A model generated the notes under the pieces. It did no database searches, was not told the DNA's origin, and was given only the letters and a program-made list of their open reading frames with translations. This document shows, piece after piece, positions 50,313 to 62,378 of a stretch of DNA of 64,000 nucleotides. Numbering within the stretch: the first letter of the stretch is position 1; the number at the start of each line of letters is the position of its first letter. This DNA is from Octopus sinensis (lineage: Eukaryota). The stretch is taken from the NCBI RefSeq assembly GCF_006345805.1, contig NC_043001.1:134354001-134418000 (forward strand), given 5' to 3'. A program made the translations under genes and the position numbers.

Positions 50313-50745
50313 TAATATGGGGTAGGACCACTTTTGGCAGTAATTACAGCTTGAATTCTACGAAGTATGGACTCATACAAAGTTTGAATTGTTTTAAAGG
50401 AATTTTTGTCCATTCTTCAGCTAAAACAGACTCCAGTTCTTGTATTGATGATGGTGGAGGATATTGACTCCTTACTTGTTTTTCTAAAATGCACGATAAA
50501 TGTTCAATAATATTGAGATCTGGGGAGTGTGGTGGCCAGATAAGATGTTCAACTTCACTAGAATGTTCCTTGTGCCATTCAGTAACAACTTTAGCTGTGT
50601 GACTTGGTGCATTATCATCCTGAAAGATTGTGTTTCCCTCCGTAAACTGTTCCGCAACCATAGGATGAATTTGATAAGACAAAATGCTTAAATAGTCTTG
50701 ACTATTAATTCTGCCATTGAAGGGAAAACCATTGGGCCAGCAGAT
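50313..50745 (-). mobile_element. Tc1-like transposase C-terminal relic with D36E spacing
   Basis: IFQDDNAPSHTAKVVTEW...WPPHSPDLNIIEHL; 36 residues between the second D and the E; ends VITAKSGPTPY* after a frameshift. Confidence 0.85.
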
Positions 50746-52657
50746 TTAGTGGTTCAGCAAAAGTGGTTCAGTGCACAAGAAAGAACTAAGTCAACTAAGT
50801 ATTCTATCCAATGCGCTAGCATTTCTCCCAGTTTGCATTATATAGATATAATAAAATGGCTGTCAACTTGAGTAAAGACCAATACTCTCAAGCAACTTTT
50901 AGGTCCAGAATGATTTTTAAAACTTAGTTGCATATTGAGCATGCAAGCTTGTCTTTGTATTTTCATGTGGCATTTGAGGCTTCCAGATATTTTGCAGGCT
51001 TTATTGCTAGTCCTACATTAGAAAGACAGGCTCTCCCACATGGTTTTATACACACACTCCATCACCATTTTTACCTTCTTATGTATGGTCTGGATAAGTT
51101 GTGTGTTTTATAATTGAGTGCTATTTTTTGATGGCTACCCTTTTAATTACTTCATACACACACACACACTGGCCAATTGGCAATCATTAGAGCATTGGCT
51201 AGACTGATTTGTTGTAATTGTCTCAGCTCCTAATCTGAGTTCAAATCCTGCTGAAATTAACCATTAACTTTGCCATTCATCCTTTTGGGTTTGATAAATT
51301 AAGTACCAAACCTATACTTGCATCAGTTCTTCCTTTTCTCATTCTTTCTTTCAGTCAGTCAGTCAGTCTGTCTATCTTTCTACTGGAAGAAAGCTGTGGT
51401 AAGATCTGGAGAAAGATGGACTCCACAAAGTCCAAAAAATGCCCAAGACTTAATCTCATCATCTCGGAATGCCTGAAGTAAGGCACGTGTGTGCATATGC
51501 ATGCACGGGTACAAGCATATTCTCTCCCCACCTCTGCCTCTCTCTAGTGCAGTGTTTGTCAAAAATGTTTATTTCTATCTCCCTTCAGTAATTCTTAAAT
51601 GTTTTTCCTCCATTTTCTTCCTGTTTCATTTTCTCTTTCAATTATTCTTGTTACCTCCATTCATCTCATTATTTCAATCATTTCATTATTTCTTCTATCT
51701 CTTCCTTCATTTTTTTGTTTTTGCAATCAAAATCTTTCTCTATCTCTGCTCTTCATTGTCCAACAAAATTTACATATGCTTTTGTGTTATACATGACTCT
51801 CTTTCTGTTTCTATTATTCTCTCGTTCTCTGTACCTCTGTCATGACACCTCTAATTCCTCCTCCCCATTGTAGTGCTCTATCTTTTCACCTCTTCCTCTT
51901 GTTTTTTTTTTCCATCCTTTCCCATATTTCCGTCTGCTCTCATGACTTACCTTCTCTCATATATAAGCTAGCTCTCTTTATAATACATTTCTCTCTTTTC
52001 ACCACTCTCAGCACTTCCACTGATTTCTCCTTCCAACATGACAGAAAGAGGAAATGTGACAAAATTTGACATGTCACTTGGTATTTTATATATTTAGATG
52101 GTTTTGTTTCTGCTTATTCCTTTATTCGAGTAAAATATTTTTTTTTTTGTCTTTTTTAATCTTATAAAGTTTAACACCAATAAGATTTATTTAAATTTTG
52201 GTACTGATCTTAGAATTGAACTCCTACACTTTCAAATTGTTTGTATTATTTGTGAGTTGACAGAAAGGATTGATTGAAGATGAAAATACTAAGGTGCTAG
52301 GTAATGGTCATACACAGGAATGTGAAATGACCATTTGATATTCAAATGTTCTGTTGAAAACAAAATAGAGTAAATATTTGGAGCAATATTAATGATTCCA
52401 ATTATGGTGATTAAGGCATGAACTTATAGTTTAGGTAAAAAATCTGAATTAGAAGAGATAGAATGGAAACAGTTCCTCCAGGAAAAGAATAAAAGATTTA
52501 GTGAATTTTTTAAGGGTTGATTTATAGTTAGCAAGTCTAATTGCTATCTGAAAGAAAGCAATGGAGAAACATTTCGTTTTACATTCAGAAGTTCAAAAAT
52601 GAAATGAATTACATTGTCATCCTGTTTTGAGTAAAATGGATGATTTCAAGTAGAAAG

Positions 52658-53248
52658 GGATCTTTACCTTTTGACCTACAGGTTTAAAAAATAATTTTTT
52701 GTAACTAAACTCTTTCAAACTTCGGACACTGGTAGAATGTGACATATAAAACATCTTTTACTCTTAGCATTTTTGAGAAAAACTTAGATTTACGAACTTA
52801 TTTCACTTTAAAGTTGTCCTATTTCGGTAATCTCAACCAATCAGTGACATGTATTCAGATGAATAAAATTACTGCTGTTTGTCAACAAGAACTTCTTGGC
52901 CGTGTATATTTTGTTTGTCACTGTTATTTATGATAACTCTAACCCTAACCCCAGTACAAACACACAAACAATCTCATAAATAACTGTGACAAACAAAAAA
53001 TACACCACCGATAGTTGTTGTTGACAAACAACAAGCAGTGATTTTATTCAGCTGAATACACGTCATTGATTGGTTGAAATTACCGAAGAAGGACAACTTT
53101 AAAGTGAAGTTTGTAAATCTAAGTTTTTCTCAAAAATGCTAAGAGTAAAAGATGTTTTATATGACACATTCTACCAGTGTCTGAAGTTTGAAAGTGTTTC
53201 GTTACAAAAAATTATTTTTAAAATCTGTAGGTCAAAAGGTAAAGATCC
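52658..53248. mobile_element. Foldback/MITE-like element with ~275-bp inverted arms and a central telomere-like motif
   Basis: GGATCTTTACCTTTTGACCTACAG...GTTATTTATGA (52658-52933) versus TCATAAATAAC...CTGTAGGTCAAAAGGTAAAGATCC (52974-53248); spacer contains TAACTCTAACCCTAACCC. Confidence 0.8.
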
Positions 53249-55039
53249 ATAGAATGTCTACTTGACATTAAACTGCTATTCAAGTTTTACTTTAATTTTA
53301 GATTTCCAATCAGCTACTTTTGTTATTAGTTCTTTTGTATTTTCTCTTTTTTTTTAATAACATTATTAGATGGATCCGTTTAATTACATCTCATGTTTTT
53401 TGTCATAATTTATATTCTACTGTGTTTTACAAATGAACATTTTCCTTACTAGAAGCGTAGACTGAGAGTCTATTATTATGTTTGATATATGTTAGGTTGA
53501 TATTTAGAATATAATTTTTACAAGATCTTTTTGTAAGACATTTCTGTATTAAATGTCATCTAAATAATTTATAATAAATAAATCTAAAACCTGTAAGAAC
53601 ATGCTGTATCAATTCTCAGTAAGGTTTCACATTTTGCATGAATGTAAACCTTCATAATACCTTGCAGTGGTGACTTGGTGCATAAAATTACTTTGTTTGT
53701 GCATGTAAACTATATGCAGCACATTCTCAATAATTGCTAGCCTAAAATTCCCAATGGAGATCCCTATGCTTTTTTCACGCATCATAGAGACTGTGTTTCG
53801 TCTTTATGACCCCCAAAATGTTTCAACAGTGAACAGCTGCTAACTTAACTCTAAATATGATTTATCCTCACACACAGTCATATTAAAGTGAAAGCCATTT
53901 GGTTGCGAGTACTAGCCTTCTATTAAACAGTCTTTTTGGGAGATAGTGCACTTTACCTCTATCAACTTGCCAGCTGTTACTGTCTCAGCACCTGTATCAA
54001 ACTTATTGTGTCCTACTGAATTTTAACCTAGTTGAAGTGTTACTTGAATTATCTCTAGCAATTCAAGTATTAATCTTGCTAATGTTGCCAGTTAATTCAT
54101 TTTTCAATTTGTGATATTATCATCCATTCTTTTTTATTCTCAAAAATATGCTGCTAGAAATTTTGAGTAACCTTCATAATTGTGTTAATTTCTTTGGAAT
54201 AAATGTTCAAAATTAAATATCTTAGTACCTAACAACTCAATTTTTCTTAGAAATTATCTAAATGATATACAGGATCATTAATGCTGTCTTCAGAATAAAT
54301 TTCTAAACCATAACTGTCTCAAATACCGTGTGTAATTATAACTGTTTCGACAATGTATAAAGTTGCAATTGTCACTTTTATTGATGACTGGTAGTAAACT
54401 GGTTCATAATTCTATGACAGTAAAAGTATTATAAATGCATCATAATAGAGGGCTACTTAAACAACTACTTAATCTTTCTAAAGTTGAACATGATCACAAA
54501 AGATATTTGTCCTTGATGATTGTATTTAAATGTACAAACTAGCTTCAGAAAGTCAGAGAAATGAGATGAAAATAGATTCCACTGTTAGTAATTAACTGAC
54601 TCTACTTCACAACAATTCCATAGATTTCTTGTTACAGTAATTACCATTTTGTATTTCACAATAACTTCATTAAAATATAAGAAATTTTTACTTTTAAAAC
54701 TCTTGTGTTGGTTGTAATTAAAGCTGTATAGTTCCAAGTCATCTCCACTCAAACAAATTTATGACATATAAGAGTGATTCCCAGATCTGTTGTTCCAAAT
54801 GTACCATAACCATTGGTTAACTGAGGACAATGCTACATGCTCTGACATGTAATGATGAATCATATGGGGCACACAGTAACAGTTTAGACATTGTATTCTC
54901 TCTACTGTCGACAGATTCTGGTGATCACCGTGGACATGGACCCTGTGTTTGTGTGCTTGTGGGTTTCATTTTAAACAAAGAAAATGCTAATTTTCTAATG
55001 TTAACTTCTGTCTTTCTCACTGTGATTTTATCTTTGTAG

Positions 55040-55129
55040 AAGAAACTCAACATCACGGTGATACTCCAATGAATATTGTAAATGGTGATATTCAAGATTC
55101 AGGCAATAGAGATGAGGAAATGGAAGAAG
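55040..55129 (+). CDS. USP7: USP7 coding exon 2
   Basis: TTTGTAG|AA...GAAG|GTGAGT; EETQHHGDTPMNIVNGDIQDSGNRDEEMEE corresponds to human ...VINGNV...EEDMED; phase 1-1, 90 nt. Confidence 0.85.
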
Positions 55130-55242
55130 GTGAGTTCATCAGATGTCTCGTTAAGAAATGCAGAAGATTGTGGATACTATATAAACGCTTATTACTATTT
55201 CTCACTCAGAAAGTTAACGTTATTTCCTCAATTTTGGGTCTT

Positions 55243-55560
55243 TCATCATCATCATCATCATTTAACGTCCGTTCTACATGCTAGCATGGGTTGGATGGTT
55301 CGAGCGGGGTCTGGGAAGCCAGGAGGCTGCACCAGGCTCCGGTCTTATCTGGCAGTGTTTCTACAGCTGGATGCCCTTCCTAATGCCAACCACTCCGTGA
55401 GTGTAGTGGGTGCTTTTTACGTGTCACCTGCACTGGAGCCAGGCAAGGCTGGCATCGACCACGGTCGGATTGGTGCAATTTTACGTACCACCTGCACAGA
55501 AGCCAGTTGAAGCAGCACTGGCTTCGGCCACGATTCGGATGGTGCTTTTTACGTGCCACC
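55243..55560 (-). mobile_element. RTE 3' UTR fragment (family C), 113 bp downstream of USP7 exon 2
   Basis: (CAT)n, core and subrepeats in reverse. Confidence 0.85.
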
Positions 55561-55647
55561 GCTTATTCTGTCTACATAAAAATTTATCTGGTTTTTATAT
55601 ACTTAAACTTTGTTTAAATTTCAGAAATTAAAAAAAATTGTGGTGTA

Positions 55648-55862
55648 CAAGGGGGTGCTGAAAATCTCCCGGCTTTGGATAAACGAAAATACAGAAGGAT
55701 GAATTAATTATTTTATTCAACATGTCCCCTTCTCAGATTCACACACTTATTGCAGTGGTCCTTCAGTTTTTCTAAGTGCTGTAAAAGAACTTCGATGGTT
55801 GGGCCTCCAACCAGGCCTTTTGTGATACCCTTAAAGCCAGGAACTTTTCCGCACCTCCCTTG
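55648..55862. mobile_element. Mariner-type MITE
   Basis: TA|CAAGGGGGTGCTGAAAATCTCCCGGCTTT...AAAGCCAGGAACTTTTCCGCACCTCCCTTG|TA; ~30-bp imperfect TIRs, TA target. Confidence 0.8.
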
Positions 55863-56757
55863 TAACTACTATTGAGCATGCCATGTTAATTTGTGAGTAT
55901 ATTCACCAAATTCAATGGAGAGGAATTTTGACACCAGAGCTGATGGTATACATAGATTAAATTGTGAACACTTAGGTAAGAACAACTAAATGGGGGAAAC
56001 CCAAAATGAATGTGGTTTTATTCATATCACACGAGTGTAAGACTATCTTGTGTTTAACTGACAAATTGCGTATTCACATTAAAGAATTAACATTTAGCCT
56101 GTTAAACTTTACAAAGAAATGCTGGTCATTAATTATTGGTATTAAAAGGGTTTTTTTTTTAAAACTATAATTAAATAGTTGTATTTAAATGCATTGTCTC
56201 TTAACTGCTGATCTGCAATCGCATAAACCATAAAAAATCTAAAAAGTTTTGTAAAATGAAGAATAAATATTCAGTCTACTATGACTAGAAATTTTCTTCT
56301 ATGGACTAACTGCAAAAAACATTGTTTTAAAATTCATTGTATTTAACCGTCTCTGAACTAAATTTAGCAATGATATATTTGATTGCATCAGTCTCATTAT
56401 TGAGGTGAAGAAAAAATTATGTTGAATCTATTTCCTTGAAGTGTATTTAAAAAAATGTATTTAACACATCAATTTATTGTTGTAAACTTATATTATCACT
56501 GCCTATTAAATGAAAATGCTAAAAAATTAAGGTTTTGTTGGTTCGTTTTGCATAGATTGTTTTTTCTATGCTATTTAGTGATAATATACAGGCACCCTTT
56601 AATACCAATAATTAATATACAAGAGTTCTTTCCCACTGCATAGACACTATTGGCTAGTATTTTCTGCTGTAGATGCTAGCTGACCAATGCCTTGCAAATG
56701 AATTTGACAGATGGAAGTTGTAAGAAGCCCATTATATATATATATAGTGGTTGGTTC

Positions 56758-56910
56758 TCACGGAGTGGTTGGCGTTAGGAAGGGCATCCAGCTGTAGAAA
56801 CATTGCCAGATAAGACCGGAGCCTGGTGCAGCCTTCTGGCTTCCCAGATCCCCGGTCGAACCGTCCAACCCATGCTAGCATGGAGAACGGACGTTAAACG
56901 ATGATGACGA
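56758..56910 (+). mobile_element. Short family C tail in a (TA)n tract
   Basis: Core and tail, (TA)n on both sides. Confidence 0.85.
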
Positions 56911-56924
56911 TATATATATATATA

Positions 56925-57083
56925 TGAGGGGTGACCACTAAGTGGACATCCATTATGCTAGATGTAGACCCCCATATGGTCTGGCATTTGCTGAATTTTC
57001 TTGAGAACAATCTTTTCTTAGTGGTCAGACCGTATGGGGTCTACATCTAGCATAATGGATATTCACTTAGTGGTCATCCCTCT
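56925..57083. mobile_element. Palindromic mariner-like MITE with ~60-bp TIRs
   Basis: TGAGGGGTGACCACTAAGTGGACATCCATTATGCTAGATGTAGACCCC...GGGGTCTACATCTAGCATAATGGATATTCACTTAGTGGTCATCCCTC in TA context. Confidence 0.8.
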
Positions 57084-57806
57084 TATATATACGTAATATA
57101 ATTTTTCTGAATCTTCAGATTTTTCAATATGCTAGGCCACTGGTTTTAAATTGATATTAATCAAATTAATATTCAATTTTTCACCCTTATTATTTAAATG
57201 TTTATATATATATATAGTGTGTGTGAGAGTGTAGACTGAAAACATTTACATTCTATCACAAAAACATGCCTGGCCATGAAACTGTTTGTTTATTGTTCAA
57301 AGGGTGAGGGAAAATATGACCTTACTTGGAAAAGGTAAGGGTTTAAATAGAAAATCTACCTCAAATTTTGTCTGATCTATGCAAGCAAGGAATTGTAGAT
57401 GTATCAATGATTTATGATGATATGTAATTTTAAATATTGTTTAGCAAAAAATTGAAGGTATTATCACCAGTTTTAAACTATGAAACTCAGTATTCTAAAT
57501 TGAAAATGCAAATGATCCAACTTGACAATATACCAATCTGTAATTTACATATTGTGGACTAAGTATAACTTATACTATAAGCAGCAACAGCATTGAAAAA
57601 TTCTCAATATTGTGATAAAAATTCTGCTGTAAATAGATAGGGATACACACTATATAAAAAACTTAGTTTTGAATCATGCTACATCTCTTTAATAGTTTTC
57701 ATTCTAAATTTCTTATTTCTCTTTTCTTAAATGAATTATAATTTTACTATAATTTTTTAAATGTTAAAAAAAATGTTATCTTTTTTTTTTCCCCCCTTAA
57801 ATATGA

Positions 57807-57917
<111 letters not shown>

Positions 57918-58140
57918 TAAGCTTTTTTAAATGTTAACTACTTTAATCAAGAGATTTCTATTTATCTTGAAATTTGATGGTAACAATCTCATTCACAGAA
58001 AAAAGTCTGACTGGACTGCTTAAATCTATGTATATTAAATTACATAAGTATATAAAAAAATTTCTTTATAGAATTTAGATATTCTTTTTGTCATCAGAAA
58101 ATTTCAAACAGCTATTTTTTTTTTCTTCTCAAATCTGTAG

Positions 58141-58239
58141 GAAAATCATGGCAATGCCTCGCATAAATCAGCAAGCAGATAGAAATAATCAAAGAAGTTT
58201 GGGCTTTTTCTTGCAGTGTAATGCAGATTCAGATTCTGT
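58141..58239 (+). CDS. USP7: USP7 coding exon 4
   Basis: KIMAMPRINQQADRNNQRSLGFFLQCNADSDS; CTGTAG| and GT|GTAAGT. Confidence 0.95.
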
Positions 58240-58375
58240 GTAAGTATAAATATTTAAAATTCGCTACATTGCAGGACTTTTTCATATTTTAATATTTTTC
58301 ATGATCCCTTTGTGTACTTTTCTTTCTTCTATTAGAAACACAGATTCAAGAAAAACTAGATTTTATTACTTACAG

Positions 58376-58449
58376 ATCTTGGTCTTGTAATGCTGCTGCC
58401 GAACTCCGAATTTTGAATTTTTTGCCCGATGGAGAACCATTTCAGAGAA
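58376..58449 (+). CDS. USP7: USP7 coding exon 5
   Basis: SWSCNAAAELRILNFLPDGEPFQR; TTACAG| and A|GTAAAT. Confidence 0.93.
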
Positions 58450-58646
58450 GTAAATGTCTTGTTTTTATTTTATGGTGATGATAAGCAATTTTTAATTTTC
58501 ATGGATCAATTAATCATTTATTGAAGTGTTTGTGGTTAATTTATCTACAAATTTCTGTTATTAATATATTATTAAAAAAACCTTTATATTTATAAATATT
58601 AACTTGAGATTAGTTTATTTGTGTATGTCTAAACTATTATGAATTA

Positions 58647-59690
58647 TCAGGTTGATGCAAAAACTAGTTTTTTAGTATCAATATATCTCAAATTATTTTC
58701 ATGAAAATAAGTTTTTTTCATTCTCAGAATTTTAAGGTTCTAAGCTGGTGTTTTTTGAACAGCTGCTTGGTTGTTGAAGGCCTGCAGGAAGTTAAGATGC
58801 TAGAAAAATGGTAATTGGTCAGAGAGAGGACTGGAGAGTCAGCTGGGTGAAGTAGTTTCATAGGCCAGTCTGTTCAATTTCGTCAGAATCATTTGTCTGA
58901 TGTGATTAGAGACTGCGATAAAGCAGGATCGTTCATTTTCCATTGACTAATATTGGGCGTAACCATTGCAGCTCCTGGTACATTTTGTGGATTTTTCTAG
59001 CAGTATTTCTCTGCTGTAATGGCTTTATCTGGATTCAAGATGTAGTGAATGATAGCACTTGCTGATCATTGGTGATGATTACCTTCTTGTCATGCTTCTT
59101 GGGTTTGATAAGTGCCATGATCCAACCACTGTGCAGAATAGGATTAGTTGTATTCAGTCCATTTCTCATCATATATTGCAATGCAGTCACAAAATGGATT
59201 GGACTTTGTAATAATATATATTTGTTCAACTCATAGTTATCCATTTGTCGTGGTATTTTGACATTCCAGTGTGGTGCAAATATCAAACTGTTGAATGGTC
59301 AATGTTTAGTTCCTCTGGAATTTTTTAATCTTTGGTTTGGCTTTGCTTCGGCCATAAACCTCTGTTGGCCATTGGTTAATTGCAGAAAATCAGGTATGAC
59401 CTTCCTTGTCTTCAAGGTTCTCCTTGCTTGCAGAAATTTTTTAAAACCACTGTTGAACTATATTCATGGACAGTCCCCTGGCCAAATGCTTGGTTGACAT
59501 TGCAAGCTGTTTCTGTTGCTTTTCAATCCTAAAAATAAAATGGGTCCATCTTCAGTTTGACTTGACAAAATGAAAAAGAATAAACAGTGAAACCCAAAAT
59601 CATTAACATAAATCAAATGCGCACTTCAAAATGATATAAGCATCAAGTTTTAAAGTAATCAAAACCACAATTATTTTTGTACCAACCTCA
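58647..59690 (-). mobile_element. Degenerate near-full-length mariner (Hsmar1/cecropia-like) in USP7 intron 5
   Basis: TIRs TCAGGTTGATGCAAAA and TTTTTGTACCAACCTCA resemble the Hsmar1 TIR; minus-strand relics PFCDCIAIYDEKW, QWLD, IIHY.LNPDKAITAEKYC, LLHPADSP.LS.TNYHF; many stops and frameshifts. Confidence 0.8.
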
Positions 59691-60123
59691 CCTGCAATGT
59701 CTTTTTCCATTTTCCAAAGGAAAAAAATGTAATAGTAGAATTTTTGCCTGCAATTGTACTGAGTAATATTAAAATATTTTTTGAGCCTTCTAAATCATTC
59801 TTGCATTGCTACTGATATTAATATCAAATATTTTTCATTGTTTATAGTTGAAGTAGTTTTGAATAGTCTCCTGTGGTTCTTTAGTTTAGCCGGTAGCTAC
59901 TATGTAATTCTGTATAGCACACTCATTCTTAAAAACATTGGGACATCACAATAAGATTCTAAGCTTCTGATTAACATATAATGATAGCTGTGGAACTCTG
60001 TTGAAGCTCAGCAGCTGCAGTAGGTGATCAGAAGCAATTGATCAAAATGAGCAACTTGTCAAAAATTTGATTTGTGATTAATACTTTATATCTCCCTCTC
60101 ACTAAAACTGTTTTCTCTTTTAG

Positions 60124-60188
60124 AAATACAGCATCTCTTCTATACCAAAGAGAATGATTGGGGTTTCAGTCATTTTATATCTTGGAAT
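60124..60188 (+). CDS. USP7: USP7 coding exon 6
   Basis: KIQHLFYTKENDWGFSHFISWN (MATH DWGF motif); CTTTTAG| and |GTAAGT. Confidence 0.95.
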
Positions 60189-60663
60189 GTAAGTATTTTC
60201 AATCTTCACTAGATTAACAAATCTTCATTAATCTTAGTTGTATATCAAATTAAATGCTTAATTTATTATTTATACCACTTAATAATTAATTTCTCTTTTT
60301 GTTTAACTTTGTCTATCATCAACGGGCCTTTTTTTAACCCTCTCCATACCTCTATTTAAGACTGTTTCAGACATTTTTTTTATCACAAAAATCTATGTAT
60401 CTTACCACCAGAAACAACCTGAAAGCTGTAAATATCTTTTCTATTTTTTACCAAGTCTAAATATGTAATCCTCCACTCAGTATTGTGGTCTGTCACAGCA
60501 TAATTGATTTATTGTAGCAGCTAATTTAGGGAAATTGTAGATGTTAATCAGAGCCACTTAATGGACATTTAATATCAACATAGTTAATTTTCATTTGGCA
60601 CTTTTATTGGAAATTATCTAGACAGTTTTTGCTTAGGTTAATCTTGCCATGTTATTTAGTCTT

Positions 60664-60667
<4 letters not shown>

Positions 60668-60727
<60 letters not shown>

Positions 60728-60742
60728 TCTCTCTCTCTCTCT
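60668..60742. repeat. (CT)n microsatellite
   Basis: Direct observation. Confidence 0.95.
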
Positions 60743-60952
60743 CATTGGGTGGTTTCTATGGAGATAAAACTTTAATTAGGTACAGTGTTGAGATTGAAGT
60801 ATTGTTCCATTGATAGACTTAATGTGCAATTAATGCTAGATTGTCATTTGTTGTTCACTTTGAAATTGTTGGACAGCTTCTAGGGTTTCAGTCTATGGTC
60901 AATGCATTTCATTCACAATCTTTGTAGAACTTGTGTATTAATCTATTTCCAG

Positions 60953-61041
60953 GAACTATTAGCACCAGAAAGCGGGTATGTCCAAGATGATAAAGTTATT
61001 ATTGAAGTCAAAATGGTTGCAGATGCCCCTCATGGTGTCAG
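60953..61041 (+). CDS. USP7: USP7 coding exon 7
   Basis: ELLAPESGYVQDDKVIIEVKMVADAPHGV; TTCCAG| and AG|GTAATT. Confidence 0.95.
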
Positions 61042-62088
61042 GTAATTACATTTTAATTCTCTCTCATATGGTTTTGTGTATGTGTGTGTGTGAAAAGGCA
61101 GCAAATTGGCAGTTTTTACAGCATTATATAGAATGTCGTGGCATAATTGCTCTGGCTCTGTGCATTATCAGTTCAATTCCTGGTGAAGTGAATTTTGTCT
61201 GTCATCCTTTTGGGACTGATTTAAAATGAAAACATCTAGAGCAGTGGGTTTTCAGAGTTGCTTAAGCACCATAAAGAATACCTTGTATCTTTCCAGCTCG
61301 TTTCATCCTGGCAGAATTATCTGCAATGATTGTGAATACCAAACTGTATTGGCCCTTAACTTTCCTTTGGACATCATCTGTGATGTACAGAGGAAAGACT
61401 TGGATGATGCTGGTTTTCCACATGAAAAACTTTTCCTCACATATATTAAAGAATTGATATGTAGCAAAAAGGGGGCAATTTTTATACTTCAGTTTAGTTT
61501 TCACAGTATACAAAACAGATTAACCTAACTTCATCAACATTCGTTTTTCATGCTGGCATAGGTTGAACAGCTTGACAAGAGCTAACAAACCGAAGGACTG
61601 CACTAGATTTCACTGTGTTTTGGCATGAATTTTACAGCTGGATGCCCTTGCTAATGCCAACCACTTTAACATTCTTAAATTTTTAAAGATTTTTAAGTGA
61701 TGAAAAAATATTTTATCAAATTATTCAACAATAACATTTAAGTTGTGATACTGTTGTTTTCCATGACTTTTGTGTTCTAACAACTACTAGTTATTGTGTA
61801 ATACAATTAGACTATTTTCCTGCTCTCTAAAATGGTATTTAATCAATGTGTCTTAACTAAAGTGCTCAGTGTAAATCTTTTGGTAATACTTGCCTTAAAC
61901 TAACATACCCAAGAAATAATGTCTCTTAGATTTTAATATTCTGCAAACTGCTATACTCCCAAGCTTGCTCTTCTTTCACTGTCATAATAACAAACATCCT
62001 TCCCAAATGAAAGGGTTTTCTTTTAGCGTATTATGTCTTTCTTTCTTTTTTTAACTGAAAGAACATCTTTCTTTATAATAAAATCTGA

Positions 62089-62283
<195 letters not shown>

Positions 62284-62378
62284 TAAAATCCTATTAATTT
62301 GCTGTAATTACCAAATATTCTAGGGGCCCTCTAAGTTGAAATCAATAAATTCTTTAAATTTTGAGTAAATTCGATTCA

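Noticed and set aside
61226-61528. ORFs on both strands in USP7 intron 7
   Set aside because: At most a very decayed RT-like remnant; no motif I can support.
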